A DNA stretch of 64,000 nt. It comes from a virus. Made by a program: the position numbers and the translations under genes. The stretch covers positions 32,001 to 96,000 of IMG/VR virus record IMGVR_UViG_3300033141_003544. The stretch is one strand, 5' to 3'. The notes below the pieces were generated by a model. It searched no databases. It had not been told where the DNA came from and saw nothing but the letters and a program-made list of their open reading frames with translations. Shown piece after piece: positions 63,739 to 64,000 of the stretch (within the stretch, counting starts at the first letter, position 1; every line of letters starts with the position of its first letter).

Positions 63739-64000
63739 TGTTTTTTCTATACCCCTCTTTAAAAAAATTGTCAATAATTGGTTAAAATAATATTCATAAT
63801 AATTAATTTAGGATACTATATGCAATATTAAATAAATAATTGATATTAACTATTGAATACAAAATTAGTGTTTTTTAAATATTGAGATTTTTGTTAATTT
63901 CCAGTCAGTAAGTCTAGTTTATTAACAAATTCGTTCTATTGTTTGTCCTTTGTTATCAAGAAGATAACAGGGATTATTTGTATATATTTTTAGAACTCCT

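Noticed and set aside
1-64000. Prophage, diversity-generating retroelement or retron
   Set aside because: No integrase, host genes or reverse transcriptase motifs found.

Overview
AT-rich segment of a large lytic bacteriophage genome (sigma70-type promoters, Shine-Dalgarno sites, NAD-dependent ligase; no integrase, structural genes or CRISPR seen). A T9SS-CTD/FlgD-like lipoprotein hints at an FCB-group host. Positions 1-39.8 kb (minus strand) hold a replication, recombination and nucleotide-metabolism arm: Rad50/Mre11, Hjc, RecA, SSB, 5'-3' exonuclease, UDG-PolA fusion, primase, DnaB, a degenerate loader, an initiator with internal iterons and a sigma factor. This arm also carries a putative cytosine-hypermodification cluster: three thymidylate-synthase-fold paralogues with Asp at the base-specificity position, a triple glycosyltransferase, an NDP-sugar dehydrogenase, an all-alpha dNTPase, Nmad1-like proteins and a C5 methylase. 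Positions 40.3-58.1 kb (plus strand) are small early genes driven by repeated promoters, plus PolX, LigA and a tRNA-like element. Positions 58.2-59.6 kb are a structured non-coding convergence zone, and 59.6-64 kb are small minus-strand genes. The best finding is an SF2 DExH helicase fractured inside motif II by a naturally split intein (107-aa IntN, 40-aa IntC, charge polarity opposite to DnaE/gp41-1 split inteins). An out-of-frame LAGLIDADG endonuclease lies between the halves, and its close paralogue sits in a disrupted dCMP deaminase locus. Three cis inteins are also present (PolA, TS-like, class-3 DnaB). All family calls come from motifs recognised by eye; no database searches were run.
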